Shown piece by piece: positions 26,610 to 39,089 of a DNA stretch of 40,329 bases. Below the pieces are notes generated by a model. That model did not search any database. It was given only the letters and a program-made list of their open reading frames with translations, and was not told the origin of the DNA. Position 1 is the stretch's first letter, and each line of letters opens with the position of its first letter. The position numbers and the translations under genes were made by a program. Source of the DNA: an uncultured Flavobacteriales bacterium (GTDB lineage: Bacteria > Bacteroidota > Bacteroidia > Flavobacteriales > BACL11); the NCBI GenBank assembly GCA_905479165.1, contig CAJQLK010000016.1:1-40329 (forward strand), in the 5' to 3' direction.

Positions 26610-28424
26610 CTACTTTCTTTTCTTCAATTGTTGTTCTTGTTGCTTTTGCATTGCCTCTAATTTCTTTTGGAACTTAGATTTTGGTTTAGCAGGTTTCTTT
26701 TTATTTGCTTCCAATTGTGCCAATATTGCATCTTCATCAATCAGTCTTTTCATGAAGAATTGTTGAGTAAAGGTGAACATATTCGCTAAAAAGTAGTAGT
26801 ACGAAAGTCCTGCAGCATAATTATTAAAGAACCCAAGGAACATGATTGGCATAAGGTACATCATCCATTTCATTTGTGCCATTTGGCCAGTTGCCATTGA
26901 AGAGTTCATTCTAGTATACAATAAAGTGGAAATTGTCATTAAAAGCGTAAATAAACTAATATGATCTCCATAAAAAGGAATTTCAAATCCTAGGTTATAA
27001 ATAGAATCATAAGAGGATAAATCATCTGCCCAAAGGAAACTTTCTTGTCTTAACTCAATAGAGGCAGGGAAGAAACGGAACATAGCAATAAGTATCGGAA
27101 ATTGAAAGAGCATTGGCAAGCATCCTCCCATTGGGTTTACACCTGCTTTTCGGTAAAGAGCCATGGTCTCTTGCTGAGTTTTCATTTGATCTTTACCTTT
27201 ATTTTTCTCAGTTATTTTATCAATTTCAGGTTTTAATACTTTCATTTTTGCTTGTGATAAAAATGCTTTGTAAGTAAAAGGAGAAAGTCCGAACTTGATA
27301 ATTAGTGTAAGTAATAGAATTATGATTCCATAAGAAGAAAAGTACTTACTTAAGAAATCAAAGAGATTAATAATGATGTACTGGTTTACCCAGCCAAATA
27401 TTCCCCAGCCCAAAGGGACTAATTCTTCAAACCCTGAATTGTAGGATTCTAATGTTTTATAATGGTTTGGTCCAAAATAAAACTGGAAACTTAATTGTTC
27501 ATCTCGTTTATGACTATACGGTAATTCAAATTTAGCTGCTAAATCTTTTATGAATTTTGATCCTTCACTTTTTATTGAAGTTAAGTAAGTCGGTTTTTCA
27601 AAACCATCTTTTGCAATAAAGATAGCACTAAAAAACTGTTGTTTGAAAGCAACCCAGTTTAAACGGGCATTTATTTTATCATCATCAGTTGAGGTAAAAC
27701 TTAAGTAATCAACCTCATTATCTGAGCTGTATTGGTATTGCACCCCAGTGTACATATCCTGATTAGTTTTGCTTTTCTCGGTTTGTGGCGTTTTCATTTG
27801 CCATTCCAGGTTCATGTAATTTACCCCTGATGGTATGATGCTTTCCATTCCAACAAAATTGATATCAAAATCAATAAGATAATCGTCAGTTAGTGTGTAA
27901 AAGTATTCTACATAATGGCTGTCATCCGCCTTTAGTTTCATGCTTAAAGTATTGTTCCTTTGTTCGGAAACAAAATACAAGTCAGTAGTATTTATGTTGT
28001 GCCCAGTTGTAAATTGCAGGTTGAAACGAGAGCTATCTGCATCAAACAAATCAAGTGCTAAAGAATCAAAAGTATGGTATTCTTTTAAAATTACGGATGT
28101 TATTCTACCTCCTTTATTTGCAACTGTAATTTTTAATTTATCATTTTCAATTATCTGAAACTCATCTTCTCCTATTGCGGCTGCAGCAAAAATTCCGTAA
28201 GTTGCTTTTAATTCTTCACTTACTATAGAATCATTAAGTGTTGGGATGATTGGTGCATTAATTACTGTTTCAGCTATTTGAGTTTCACTAATTACAGCCT
28301 CAGTTGGGGTTGTAGTTGGCGCTTGTTCTTGTGGAACTTCAGGAAAAAAGAAGGTATTAAATACTATCAAGATGATAGCCATTAATACAAAACCAATTAG
28401 AGAATTTTTGTCGTATTGTTTCAT
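26610..28424 (-). CDS. yidC: Membrane protein insertase YidC
   Basis: WVAFKQQFFS, YFGPN, LYRKAGVNPMGGCLPML, FLWADDLS, AAGLSYYY. Confidence 0.96.
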   Translation of the reverse strand: MKQYDKNSLIGFVLMAIILIVFNTFFFPEVPQEQAPTTTPTEAVISETQIAETVINAPIIPTLNDSIVSEELKATYGIFAAAAIGEDEFQIIENDKLKITVANKGGRITSVILKEYHTFDSLALDLFDADSSRFNLQFTTGHNINTTDLYFVSEQRNNTLSMKLKADDSHYVEYFYTLTDDYLIDFDINFVGMESIIPSGVNYMNLEWQMKTPQTEKSKTNQDMYTGVQYQYSSDNEVDYLSFTSTDDDKINARLNWVAFKQQFFSAIFIAKDGFEKPTYLTSIKSEGSKFIKDLAAKFELPYSHKRDEQLSFQFYFGPNHYKTLESYNSGFEELVPLGWGIFGWVNQYIIINLFDFLSKYFSSYGIIILLLTLIIKFGLSPFTYKAFLSQAKMKVLKPEIDKITEKNKGKDQMKTQQETMALYRKAGVNPMGGCLPMLFQFPILIAMFRFFPASIELRQESFLWADDLSSYDSIYNLGFEIPFYGDHISLFTLLMTISTLLYTRMNSSMATGQMAQMKWMMYLMPIMFLGFFNNYAAGLSYYYFLANMFTFTQQFFMKRLIDEDAILAQLEANKKKPAKPKSKFQKKLEAMQKQQEQQLKKRK

Positions 28425-28436
28425 TTTTAAACTAAA

Positions 28437-30050
<1,614 letters not shown>

Positions 30051-30148
30051 TTACAATAGTTTTGGTTTGTGCAAAAATACTATTTGTGAGCGATTATTCT
30101 TAACTTAAAAAAAGTTTTATTAAAAGTTTTTAAACTAATGTAAATACC

Positions 30149-32404
30149 TTAGAATGTGATGCTTGCTCCAAAGCTTGGCATTATTGGAAGCTGATTAACT
30201 CTTTCATATTTAACTCGGTTAAAGTAGAATATGTTTTCTCTGTTATATGCATTTGTTACTGATGCCGTCATATCAATGTTTACTTTTTTGTTTACTTTTA
30301 TGCTTTTTGAAACAGAAGCATCCAATCTGTGGTAGTAAGGTAAGCGACCTTCATTTAACTCTGAATACTCAATTCCCAACTCTCCATTTGAAGTAGTATA
30401 ATCTGTATTTATACCATCGGAAAAAGTTAAGTTTTCGTAAAAGCCTTGAGTTTGAGTGAATGGAAATCCTGAACCTAAATTCCATCTAATATCTGTTTTC
30501 CAACTATCATTTTTCCCAAATTTGTAAGAAGTTACAAAATTCACATTGTGCCTTCTATCAAAATGAGGGTTGTATTCTCTTTCACCATCATTTCGTGTTA
30601 TCATACCTAAAGAATAAACTGCCCAGATGTACAGTTTTTTCCCTTTATATTTTACAAGAGCATCAACTCCTTTAGCAATCCCGCTTTCAATAATAAACTG
30701 AGGATCATCATCAGAAGTCATATTTCTATTGATATTTATTAACTGATAAAAATCTTTAACATATCCTTCTAATTGAAAGTCAATCTTATTGCTAATGTCA
30801 TATTCAATTCCAGTGATTAAATGTTGAGCTTTTTGTAATTTCTGATCGTAATCTCCATCTAAATCAACATCAGTTGAAATTATTCCTGTGAATAAATTCA
30901 CAACATCTCTATCTGAAATTGTGCTTTGCAAATTCTGAGAGTACTGTCCAGCTGAAAGCTTAAATCTCATTCTGTCAGATGCAATATATTTCATTCCTAA
31001 TCTAGGCTCTGGAGACGCTCCAATGTTTCCGTAATATTGCAATCTAAACCCTGGCTCAACTATCCATCTTGTTGAGTTGAATTGGTAGTTAAGATATGCT
31101 GAAAAATCACTAGTATTTACTGGAATTCCTACTTTAGAACTTACTGAATTGTATGTTGTGTAATCTGTTTGAAAACCATGCACATCAAAACCATATTTCA
31201 CTTTTCCTTTAGGTTGAAAGTAGGTGAAATTCACACCCATATTGTAGCCGTTTATTTCACTTGACCTTTCTCTAATGGTTCCGTTACTCTCAAACTCTTT
31301 TAGAATAGTATTGTATGATGACCATGCAAAATTACCTTCAATAAGAACTGGCGAACCTCCAGGAATTAAAATGAATTCAGAACCAATTCCTTTTGAGTTC
31401 CAATTTAGTTCAGAAATTCCTTCATAGTTTACTTTATCCGCAAAGTTAAACCCAAATATATTCAGTTTTGATCCGTTTTTTCCTTTTGTAGAAACTTTTC
31501 CGTACAAATCAGTATAAGAATAAGGCAAACCTTTCTCATCAAAATAAAGTGTTGGGTATTTGTAAAATAACTCAGAACTTTTATCCAGGTAAGAACTTTT
31601 ACCAGAGAAGATAAAAGAAGTATTCCCTTTACTATTTAGTGGACCTTCAACAAAAAGTTTAGATCCAAAAGTGTTTGCAGAAAGTTTTCCGCCAAGTTCT
31701 TTCTTGTTTCCATCAATAGTTTTAATATCCATAATTGAAGAAACTCTCCCGCCATATTCTGCACTAAAACCTCCTGTGTAAACATCAGTGTTTTTAATTA
31801 TATCAGTATCAAAAACAGAAAATAAGCCAATAGAGTGGAAGGGGCTATAAATAATCATTCCGTCCATCAAAACTTTATTTTGAATTGGAGAACCTCCTCT
31901 AATGTAAAGTTGACCTCCCTGATCTCCAGTAAAAACAACTCCTGGGATTACTTGCATATATTGTGCTAAATCTGGCTCTCCTCCAATAGTTGGAATCATC
32001 TCCATGTCTTGCTTAGTAATTTTTATTGAAGCAGCTTTAACTTCTGTTTTCATTTCTGCTCTTTCAGCAGATATTTTTACTTCATTAAGTTTAATGCTTG
32101 ATTCTCCAATTTCTAAATTCTTTGATAAAATTTGTCCGGATTTAAGTGAGATATTTACTTTAGTAGTATCATATCCAATATAAGTTGCAACCAAAGTGTA
32201 TTCACCAACATTTACTTTTGAAATATTATACATTCCGTTAATATCAGTAGCTGCACCAATATTAGTTCCTTCCAAGAAGACACTACAAAAAATTACTGGC
32301 TCTCCACTTTCTTTTTCGTAAACAAATCCTCTGATATTTCCAGTTTGCGCAAATATAGTTGCTGAAAAAAGTAAAGCGGATAATAAAAATAGGAGTTTAC
32401 GCAT
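30149..32404 (-). CDS. TonB-dependent receptor-like protein with N-terminal carboxypeptidase-regulatory-like domain (not SusC type)
   Basis: GNIRGFV..GAATDING.Y, plug YIRGGSPIQN, GGFSAEYGGRVSSIMDI, RLPYYHRLD, terminal F. Start placed at MRKLLF (32404) because the ORF-track TTG at 32425 lies in the TATATTTG promoter box (32423-32430). Confidence 0.85.
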   Translation of the reverse strand: MRKLLFLLSALLFSATIFAQTGNIRGFVYEKESGEPVIFCSVFLEGTNIGAATDINGMYNISKVNVGEYTLVATYIGYDTTKVNISLKSGQILSKNLEIGESSIKLNEVKISAERAEMKTEVKAASIKITKQDMEMIPTIGGEPDLAQYMQVIPGVVFTGDQGGQLYIRGGSPIQNKVLMDGMIIYSPFHSIGLFSVFDTDIIKNTDVYTGGFSAEYGGRVSSIMDIKTIDGNKKELGGKLSANTFGSKLFVEGPLNSKGNTSFIFSGKSSYLDKSSELFYKYPTLYFDEKGLPYSYTDLYGKVSTKGKNGSKLNIFGFNFADKVNYEGISELNWNSKGIGSEFILIPGGSPVLIEGNFAWSSYNTILKEFESNGTIRERSSEINGYNMGVNFTYFQPKGKVKYGFDVHGFQTDYTTYNSVSSKVGIPVNTSDFSAYLNYQFNSTRWIVEPGFRLQYYGNIGASPEPRLGMKYIASDRMRFKLSAGQYSQNLQSTISDRDVVNLFTGIISTDVDLDGDYDQKLQKAQHLITGIEYDISNKIDFQLEGYVKDFYQLININRNMTSDDDPQFIIESGIAKGVDALVKYKGKKLYIWAVYSLGMITRNDGEREYNPHFDRRHNVNFVTSYKFGKNDSWKTDIRWNLGSGFPFTQTQGFYENLTFSDGINTDYTTSNGELGIEYSELNEGRLPYYHRLDASVSKSIKVNKKVNIDMTASVTNAYNRENIFYFNRVKYERVNQLPIMPSFGASITF

Positions 32405-32450
32405 TTTGTAAAATTTAGGTCGCAAATATAACTAAATAAAGGAAGTGATA

Positions 32451-33452
32451 TTATGCATGAATAATTTTGAAGATAAGCTCTTTTAAAAGCCCACTTTGGT
32501 CAGTTGATTTGTTGTTTACTCCTTTACTTTTAAGGTCATATTCTTTTAGGTGTTCAATTATATAAAAGAGCTGACGCTTGTTGTAGTTTTTAGCAGCAGT
32601 TTGGTATTGGCTTACAAAAAAAGGATTTACTTTTAAAGAACTGGCTGCTGATTTTGGACTTTTATCTTCTAAAAAATGATAAACCATTATCTTTTGAAAA
32701 TAAGAAAACAAAGCACTCATTACGGGAACTATATGGTGGTTTTTAGTGTTCTCGGCAAAATGATTAATTATCCTGTTTGCTTTTACTACATTTTTTTGTC
32801 CAAGTGCATTTTGGAGTTCAAATACATTATAATCTTTACTAATTCCAATATGGTACTCAATTAGTTTTGTTGTGATCTGTTCTTCCTTTTTTATAACTAA
32901 CATTAACTTATCTAGCTCGTTAGTTATCTTTGATAAATCAGCTCCAAGATATTCTGCTAAAACAGCTGTGGCACTATTATCAATGGAAAAGCCTTTTTCT
33001 TTTACAAAAGCTAATATCCAAGCAGGGATTTTATTATCATAAACTTTTTTACTCTCAAAGACTATGCACTTTTTAGCTAAGTTCTTCCCAAACTTTTTTC
33101 TCTTGTCAACTGATTTTCCTTTGTATGAAATAACCACTACTGTGCTAGATTGAGGATTATCCAGATAAGAATCTAATAATTCAATATTTTTGAGGTGTTG
33201 CCCTTCTTTAACAATTACAACTCTTTTTTCTGATCCAAAAGGAAACTGTTTGGCCTCTGAAATTATTTGCTCAGTAGTAATATCCTTTCCGTAAAGTGTT
33301 ACTTGATTGAATTCTTTTTCTTCAGCAGTGAGTAAGTTTTTAGAAAACTCATCAGAAAGTTTGTCAATATAATAAGGCTCATCTCCCATTAAAAAATAAA
33401 CAGGATTTAAATCTTTATTACTTATTGATGATATGATTTCTTTATAATTCAC
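32451..33452 (-). CDS. holA: DNA polymerase III subunit delta
   Basis: PVYFLMGDEPYYID, EFNQVTLYGKD, NELDKL, IGISKDYNVFELQNAL, DLKSKGV. Confidence 0.93.
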   Translation of the reverse strand: MNYKEIISSISNKDLNPVYFLMGDEPYYIDKLSDEFSKNLLTAEEKEFNQVTLYGKDITTEQIISEAKQFPFGSEKRVVIVKEGQHLKNIELLDSYLDNPQSSTVVVISYKGKSVDKRKKFGKNLAKKCIVFESKKVYDNKIPAWILAFVKEKGFSIDNSATAVLAEYLGADLSKITNELDKLMLVIKKEEQITTKLIEYHIGISKDYNVFELQNALGQKNVVKANRIINHFAENTKNHHIVPVMSALFSYFQKIMVYHFLEDKSPKSAASSLKVNPFFVSQYQTAAKNYNKRQLFYIIEHLKEYDLKSKGVNNKSTDQSGLLKELIFKIIHA

Positions 33453-33464
33453 TTATTTTGCTTT

Positions 33465-33911
33465 ATGGAACTTCCAAAATTAAATTTGCCCAATGCAGAG
33501 CTCAAAATTAAATTAGTTGAGGAGACTACACAAGTTTTTGATGAAGTAAGAAAAAAATATTTTAAACTGACTCCTGAGGAGTGGGTCCGCCAAAACTTTA
33601 TTCACTATTTAAAAAAAGACAAGAACTATCCTTTTGGGTTGATGGGAGTAGAGAAAATGGTAAAATATAACTCTTTAAAAACTAGGGCAGATATTCTAAT
33701 TTATAATAGAGAGGGAATGCCAAGTGTTATAGTGGAATGTAAAGCTCCAAATGTAGAAATTACCCAAGATGCTTTTAATCAAATAGCGAAATATAATTAT
33801 AAATTAAGGGTTAAATATTTAGTTGTTACTAATGGGTTGAAACATTTCTGTTGCGATATGGATTATGAAAATAACAAGATTACTTTTCTAGAGGAGATTC
33901 CTGAGTATTAG
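33465..33911 (+). CDS. Stand-alone type I restriction enzyme HsdR N-terminal domain protein
   Basis: FDEVRKKY..LTPEEWVRQ, RADIL, VECKAP, QIAKYN, LVVTNGL (PD-(D/E)xK fold). Confidence 0.88.
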   Translation: MELPKLNLPNAELKIKLVEETTQVFDEVRKKYFKLTPEEWVRQNFIHYLKKDKNYPFGLMGVEKMVKYNSLKTRADILIYNREGMPSVIVECKAPNVEITQDAFNQIAKYNYKLRVKYLVVTNGLKHFCCDMDYENNKITFLEEIPEY

Positions 33912-34059
33912 AATTTCTTTTTTGAATGCCTACACCAAAAACTAAACCAAGACAAATACCTAAGCCAATATTATTGAAAGCAGCACCAAATGCTACACCA
34001 AAACATAAACCAACTTCAATATAGTAATCAGGTTATTTTTTAGGTTTTTCTTCTATCAT
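33880..34059 (-). pseudogene. Small glycine-zipper membrane protein with in-frame ochre stop
   Basis: MIEEKPKK*PDYYIEVGLCFGVAFGAAFNNIGLGICLGLVFGVGIQKR...; TAA at 34033-34035; own TATATTTG box at 34064-34071. Confidence 0.6.
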
Positions 34060-34088
34060 TTTGCAAATATATTAAAAAGGAATCTTTA

Positions 34089-34472
34089 TTAACACCAATA
34101 AGGGTAATAGCCACAGTACAAAAGCTCTGCGCCAATTAGTACTGCTATAATGAGCCACACTTTTGATTCACTATTATAGCTCTCCATTTTTTTAACTATA
34201 AATGAAGGGAATGCAATTCGGACTCCTCCTTTTACTACGCATATCTAACCAATAAAGGTTACAAATCCTAACACATCAAAAGTCCAGATGTTGTGCAGGA
34301 TAATTACTGGCAATCCAATAATTAAAGACAGCATACCAGTAAACATTATATGTGTTTCATCCTTGGATGCTGCTATCATTACTTTCATTCCTTTTTTGCT
34401 AATGAGTAATGCCCCAGCAAATAAAAAGAAGAAATAACCGTAAAATTTGAGAAAGAAAATACTTGTTTCCAT
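34089..34472 (-). pseudogene. Four-TM uncharacterised membrane protein interrupted by amber stop (likely TGG>TAG)
   Basis: ...LHNIW...FVTFIG*ICVVKGGVRIAFPSF...VWLIIAVLIGAELLYCGYYPYWC*; the frame continues 52 codons past TAG 34245-34247 to TAA 34089-34091. Confidence 0.75.
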
Positions 34473-34572
34473 AGTGGTTTAGTTTTTGTAAATATAGTTA
34501 AATTATATTCAGTTAAAAGTCAGCACTTAATAATGTTTAATGTTTATTTTCGCGCCCTTAAAAATATAGATT

Positions 34573-36162
34573 ATGAAATCAGCATTTAGGTTTATTACAC
34601 CAAGTAATGGGAGTATAAAAGATGATATGTTATCAGGTTTGACAGTAGCCTTAGCCTTAGTTCCTGAGGCAGTAGCTTTTGCTTTTGTAGCAGGAGTATC
34701 ACCTATTATTGGCTTGTATGGTGCATTTATGATGGGATTAGTTACGGCTATTTTTGGTGGTAGACCAGGTATGATTTCAGGAGCAACAGGAGCTTTAGCA
34801 GTTGTGATGGTACATTTAATAAGAGAAGGAAATGCAATGGGACCTGATGGAGCAATGATGGGACTCCAATTTTTATTTGCAACTTTAATCTTAACTGGAA
34901 TTTTTCAAGCTTTTGCAGGAATAATGAAGATGGGTAAGTTTGTAAGAATGATTCCGCATTCAGTAATGATGGGCTTTGTAAATGGTTTGGCTATTGTAAT
35001 CTTTACTTCTCAACTTGGAATGTTTCAAACAGGAGGGGAGTGGCTTGAAACTGGAGCTATGTTAACCATGTTAGGTTTAGTAGCTTTAACTATGGGAATT
35101 ATGTTCCTATTGCCAAAAATCACTAAAAAAATTCCTGATGCTTTGGCTGCAATTATTGTAGTTTCGCTTCTAGTTATCTTTGGAGATATTGATACGCAAA
35201 CAGTAAAATCGTTTATTGTAGCAGGAGGAGGAGAAGGAATAAAAGCTGGATTACCAACCTTTAATATTCCTATGATAGCATTGAATTTAGAGACTTTAAG
35301 TTTTATTACTCCTTATGCCTTAATCTTGGCTGCAATTGGTTTGATTGAATCCTTAATGACTTTAAATTTAATTGATGAATTAACAGAGACTCATGGAAAT
35401 GGAAACCAAGAATGTATTGCTCAAGGTGGGGCTAATATTTTGAATGGATTCTTTGGAGGTATGGGAGGTTGTGCTATGATTGGTCAGTCGATTATTAATA
35501 TCAAATCAGGTGGTAGAGGTAGGCTTTCAGGAATTACGGCTGCATTAGCTTTATTGGCCTTTATTTTATTTGCTTCTACTTATATTGAGATGATTCCTAT
35601 TGCTGCATTAGTTGGAGTTATGTTTATGGTTGTTATTGGAACTTTCGCTTGGAGTACTTTCAAGATTATGAATAAGGTTCCTTTATCAGATATTTTTGTA
35701 ATTATTTTGGTTACAGCACTAACAGTTATTTTTGATTTAGCTTTTGCTGTTATATCTGGTGTTATTGTTTCTGCATTGGTTTTTGCTTGGGAAAATTCAT
35801 TAATGATTAGAGCAAGAAAACATACTGATAAGCATGGAATAAAACATTATGAAATGTTTGGACCTTTGTTCTTTGGTTCTATAGAATTATTTAATTCAAA
35901 GTTTGATGTAAAGAATGACCCAAAAGAGGTTATAGTTGATTTTGCTGAAAGTAGAGTAGTAGATCAATCAGCTATTGAGGCTTTAAATAAATTGGCTGAG
36001 CGTTACCAAAAAAACGGGAAGACTATTCATTTACGACACCTTTCAGCTGACTGTGTAAAGTTGATTAAGCGTGCAGAAAAAATCTGTGATGTGAATGTGT
36101 TAGAAGATCCTGATTATTTTGTTGCTATTGATGATTACAATAAAGCATTAGAAAGAGTTTAA
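34573..36162 (+). CDS. SulP/SLC26 family inorganic anion transporter (BicA-like) with STAS domain
   Basis: GLTVALALVPEAVAF, GGRPGMISGATGA, GLIESLMT, GGMGGCAMIGQS, STAS GPLFFGS...DQSAIEAL. Confidence 0.92.
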   Translation: MKSAFRFITPSNGSIKDDMLSGLTVALALVPEAVAFAFVAGVSPIIGLYGAFMMGLVTAIFGGRPGMISGATGALAVVMVHLIREGNAMGPDGAMMGLQFLFATLILTGIFQAFAGIMKMGKFVRMIPHSVMMGFVNGLAIVIFTSQLGMFQTGGEWLETGAMLTMLGLVALTMGIMFLLPKITKKIPDALAAIIVVSLLVIFGDIDTQTVKSFIVAGGGEGIKAGLPTFNIPMIALNLETLSFITPYALILAAIGLIESLMTLNLIDELTETHGNGNQECIAQGGANILNGFFGGMGGCAMIGQSIINIKSGGRGRLSGITAALALLAFILFASTYIEMIPIAALVGVMFMVVIGTFAWSTFKIMNKVPLSDIFVIILVTALTVIFDLAFAVISGVIVSALVFAWENSLMIRARKHTDKHGIKHYEMFGPLFFGSIELFNSKFDVKNDPKEVIVDFAESRVVDQSAIEALNKLAERYQKNGKTIHLRHLSADCVKLIKRAEKICDVNVLEDPDYFVAIDDYNKALERV

Positions 36163-36165
36163 ATT

Positions 36166-36199
36166 ATAAAAAGCCTTATCAATTGATAAGGCTTTTTAT
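36166..36199. terminator. Bidirectional rho-independent terminator (perfect 34-bp palindrome)
   Basis: ATAAAAAGCCTTATCAA/TTGATAAGGCTTTTTAT between convergent SulP and aconitase. Confidence 0.88.
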
Positions 36200-36218
36200 T
36201 TGTATTAAAAGGTATTGT

Positions 36219-38486
36219 TTAAGCGTTTTGCTTTCTTATTAAGTTAAGTGCAGAACCAGCTTTAAACCAATCAATTTGAGCTTCATTGTAAGTATGGTTC
36301 AGCATAATTGTGTTAGTTGTTCCGTCAGCATGAACTGTTTCCAAAGTCAATTGTTTTCCTTCAGTAAATGCTGCTAAATCAGTAAAGTTAAAAGTATCAT
36401 CTACTTTTATTAAATCATAGTCAGATTCATTAGCAAATGTAAGTCCTAACATTCCTTGTTTCTTAAGGTTCGTTTCGTGTATTCTTGCAAATGATTTTAC
36501 AATTACGGCTATTACACCAAGGTGCCTTGGTTCCATTGCTGCATGTTCTCTTGATGATCCTTCACCATAATTATGATCTCCAACAACAATAGTAGTAACT
36601 CCTGCTGCTTTGTATCCTCTTGCTACATTTGGCACTTCATCAGTTGTTCCGTCTAACTGACTTACTACTTCATTGGTATTTCCTCCAAAAGCATTTACAG
36701 CACCTATCAAACAGTTATTAGAAATATTATCTAAATGCCCTCTATATCTTAACCATGGTCCTGCCATTGAGATGTGGTCAGTAGTACATTTCCCTGCTGC
36801 TTTTATCAAGAGTTTCGCTCCAATAATATTTGCACCATCCCAAGGAGTAAAAGGAGTTAATAATTGCAATCTGTTCGAGTCAGGAGCAACAACTACTTTA
36901 ATACTACTTCCATCTTCAGCTGGAGCTTGATATCCATTATCTTCCACTGCAAATCCTTGAGAAGGTAATTCCGTTCCATGAGGTTCAGATAATCTTACCT
37001 TTTCACCATTTTGATTAGTTAGTGTGTCAGTTATTGGATTGAAATCCAATCTTCCTGAAATTGCAATTGCGGCTACCATTTCTGGTGAACCAACAAATGC
37101 ATGTGTATTTGGGTTCCCATCCGCTCGCTTAGCAAAGTTTCTGTTAAAGGAATGAACAATTGTATTTTTCTCTTGTTTATTAGCTCCTTCTCTATCCCAT
37201 TGCCCGATACATGGTCCGCAAGCATTAGTAAATATTTTAGTCGTTTCAAATTTCATAAACGAATCCATCAATCCATCTCTTTCGGCTGTAAAACGTACTT
37301 GCTCCGAACCAGGATTAATTCCTAATGTTGCTTTGGGTTTAAGTCCCTTGCTTACTGCATCTTCAACAATTGAAGCAGCCCTAGTTAAATCCTCATAAGA
37401 TGAGTTGGTACACGAGCCGATCAACGCCCACTCTACATCTAGTGGCCAATCATTTTTTACTGCTTTTTCTTTCATGTCAGAAACTGGAGTGGCTAAATCT
37501 GGAGTGAATGGTCCGTTTAAGTGAGGAGTTAATTCTGATAAATTAATTTCAATAACTTGGTCAAAATAATGTTCAGGATTTTCGTAAACTTCTGTATCTC
37601 CTGTTAAGTGTTCTTTAATTTCGTTTGCAGCATCTGCCACATCATCTCTATCAGTTGCTCTTAAATATCTTTCAATACTATCATCATACCCAAAAGTTGA
37701 AGTAGTAGCTCCAATTTCAGCTCCCATATTACAAATTGTTCCTTTTCCTGTTGCTGATAGAGATTTTGCTCCTTCACCAAAATATTCAACAATTGCACCA
37801 GTACCTCCCTTTACAGTAAGTATTCCTGCAACTTTTAAAATTACATCCTTAGCTGATGCCCAACCGCTTAGTTTTCCAATTAGTTTAATTCCAATTAATT
37901 TAGGAAATTTTAGTTCCCAAGGCATTCCTGCCATTACATCAACGGCATCCGCTCCACCAACACCAATAGCTACCATTCCAAGTCCTCCAGCATTTACTGT
38001 GTGCGAATCGGTACCTATCATCATTCCTCCAGGGAAAGCATAGTTTTCTAATACTACTTGATGGATAATTCCTGCTCCTGGTTTCCAGAAACCAATTCCG
38101 TATTTATTACATACCGAACTTAAAAAATTGAATACTTCATTATTAGTATTTAGGCTTTCCTGTAAATCTTTATCTGCTCCTAATTTAGCCAATATTAAAT
38201 GATCGGCATGTGCTGTGGAAGGTACGGCAACTTTATCTTTTCCCGCTTGCATGAATTGAAGAAGTGCCATTTGTGCAGTTGCATCTTGCATAGCTACTCT
38301 ATCTGGGGCAAAGTCTACATAATCTTCTCCTCTTTTAAATGCTGTTTCAGCATTACCGTTCCAAAGATGAGTATAAAGTATTTTTTCAGAAAGAGTTAAA
38401 GGTTTATTAGTTGCTTTTCTTGCAGCTTCAACTGCTGAAGGGTACTTTTTGTACACCTTTTTAATCATATTAATGTCAAATGCCAT
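36219..38486 (-). CDS. acnA: Aconitate hydratase (mitochondrial-type, usual in Bacteroidota)
   Basis: [58 protein letters not shown]; TAAATTTG box on the minus strand at 38516-38523. Confidence 0.95.
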   Translation of the reverse strand: MAFDINMIKKVYKKYPSAVEAARKATNKPLTLSEKILYTHLWNGNAETAFKRGEDYVDFAPDRVAMQDATAQMALLQFMQAGKDKVAVPSTAHADHLILAKLGADKDLQESLNTNNEVFNFLSSVCNKYGIGFWKPGAGIIHQVVLENYAFPGGMMIGTDSHTVNAGGLGMVAIGVGGADAVDVMAGMPWELKFPKLIGIKLIGKLSGWASAKDVILKVAGILTVKGGTGAIVEYFGEGAKSLSATGKGTICNMGAEIGATTSTFGYDDSIERYLRATDRDDVADAANEIKEHLTGDTEVYENPEHYFDQVIEINLSELTPHLNGPFTPDLATPVSDMKEKAVKNDWPLDVEWALIGSCTNSSYEDLTRAASIVEDAVSKGLKPKATLGINPGSEQVRFTAERDGLMDSFMKFETTKIFTNACGPCIGQWDREGANKQEKNTIVHSFNRNFAKRADGNPNTHAFVGSPEMVAAIAISGRLDFNPITDTLTNQNGEKVRLSEPHGTELPSQGFAVEDNGYQAPAEDGSSIKVVVAPDSNRLQLLTPFTPWDGANIIGAKLLIKAAGKCTTDHISMAGPWLRYRGHLDNISNNCLIGAVNAFGGNTNEVVSQLDGTTDEVPNVARGYKAAGVTTIVVGDHNYGEGSSREHAAMEPRHLGVIAVIVKSFARIHETNLKKQGMLGLTFANESDYDLIKVDDTFNFTDLAAFTEGKQLTLETVHADGTTNTIMLNHTYNEAQIDWFKAGSALNLIRKQNA

Positions 38487-38574
38487 AGGTAGATTTTTTT
38501 AAATAAATTGGATTGCAAATTTAATAAATTGCAATAAATAGTTGGTGATATACAACACTAAATAAAGAGGTAAT

Positions 38575-38603
38575 AAAAAAGCCGAGCAAATGCTCGGCTT
38601 TTT
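38575..38603 (-). terminator. Rho-independent terminator of the rpsF-rpsR-rplI operon
   Basis: AAAAAAGCCGAGCA-AA-TGCTCGGCTTTTT hairpin with a U-tract on the minus strand. Confidence 0.88.
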
Positions 38604-38627
38604 CTATTAATTCTAGTAACTGTTTTA

Positions 38628-39071
38628 TTATTCAGCTATAACTTTAAAAGGCACACTTACACTTACGGTTCTGTGTAATCTTACTTCAGCATCATAAGTA
38701 CCTAAATCTTTTATCTTAGGTAGTTTCACAAATTTAGCATTTACATTATGTCCTAATCCTGCAACAATTTCAGTAAATTGTTCTGTTTTGATTGAGCCAA
38801 ATAATTTAGTTCCACCTTCAGCAACTTTCCCTTTAAGTACAATTTCTAGTTTTGGTAATGCTTCAGCAATTTTGTTTGCTTCAGCAATTTCAGTTTCTTC
38901 TTTTTTAGTTTGTTGCTTTAAGTTTTCAGTCAAAACTTTTACAGCAGTTTCAGTAGCTAAAATTCCGTATCCTTTTGGGATAAGGTAGTTTCTTCCGTAA
39001 CCATTCTTTACTGAGACGATTTCATTTTTGAAGCCTAATTTCTCAACATCTTGTTTTAATATAATATTCAT
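38628..39071 (-). CDS. rplI: 50S ribosomal protein L9
   Basis: IILKQDVEKLG, VKNGYGRNYLIPKG, KLFGSI, LHRTV. Confidence 0.97.
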   Translation of the reverse strand: MNIILKQDVEKLGFKNEIVSVKNGYGRNYLIPKGYGILATETAVKVLTENLKQQTKKEETEIAEANKIAEALPKLEIVLKGKVAEGGTKLFGSIKTEQFTEIVAGLGHNVNAKFVKLPKIKDLGTYDAEVRLHRTVSVSVPFKVIAE

Positions 39072-39089
39072 GATTCTTATATTTTATGA

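Noticed and set aside
30149-32404. TonB-dependent receptor as the missing SusC of the glucan operon
   Set aside because: About 750 aa, no SusC-specific motifs, no SusD partner, 13 kb away on the other strand among housekeeping genes with its own promoter.
33465-33911. Type I restriction-modification or defence island
   Set aside because: Only the small HsdR N-terminal domain is present, with no helicase, methylase or specificity subunit.
34033-34247. Stop-codon reassignment explaining the two in-frame stops
   Set aside because: The two stops differ (TAA and TAG) and both codons end conserved genes normally in this window (e.g. rpsF and yidC TAG, purB TAA).
36219-38486. Eukaryote-like aconitase as horizontal transfer or contamination
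   Set aside because: Mitochondrial-type aconitases are normal in Bacteroidota, and the gene has a native TAnnTTTG promoter box.
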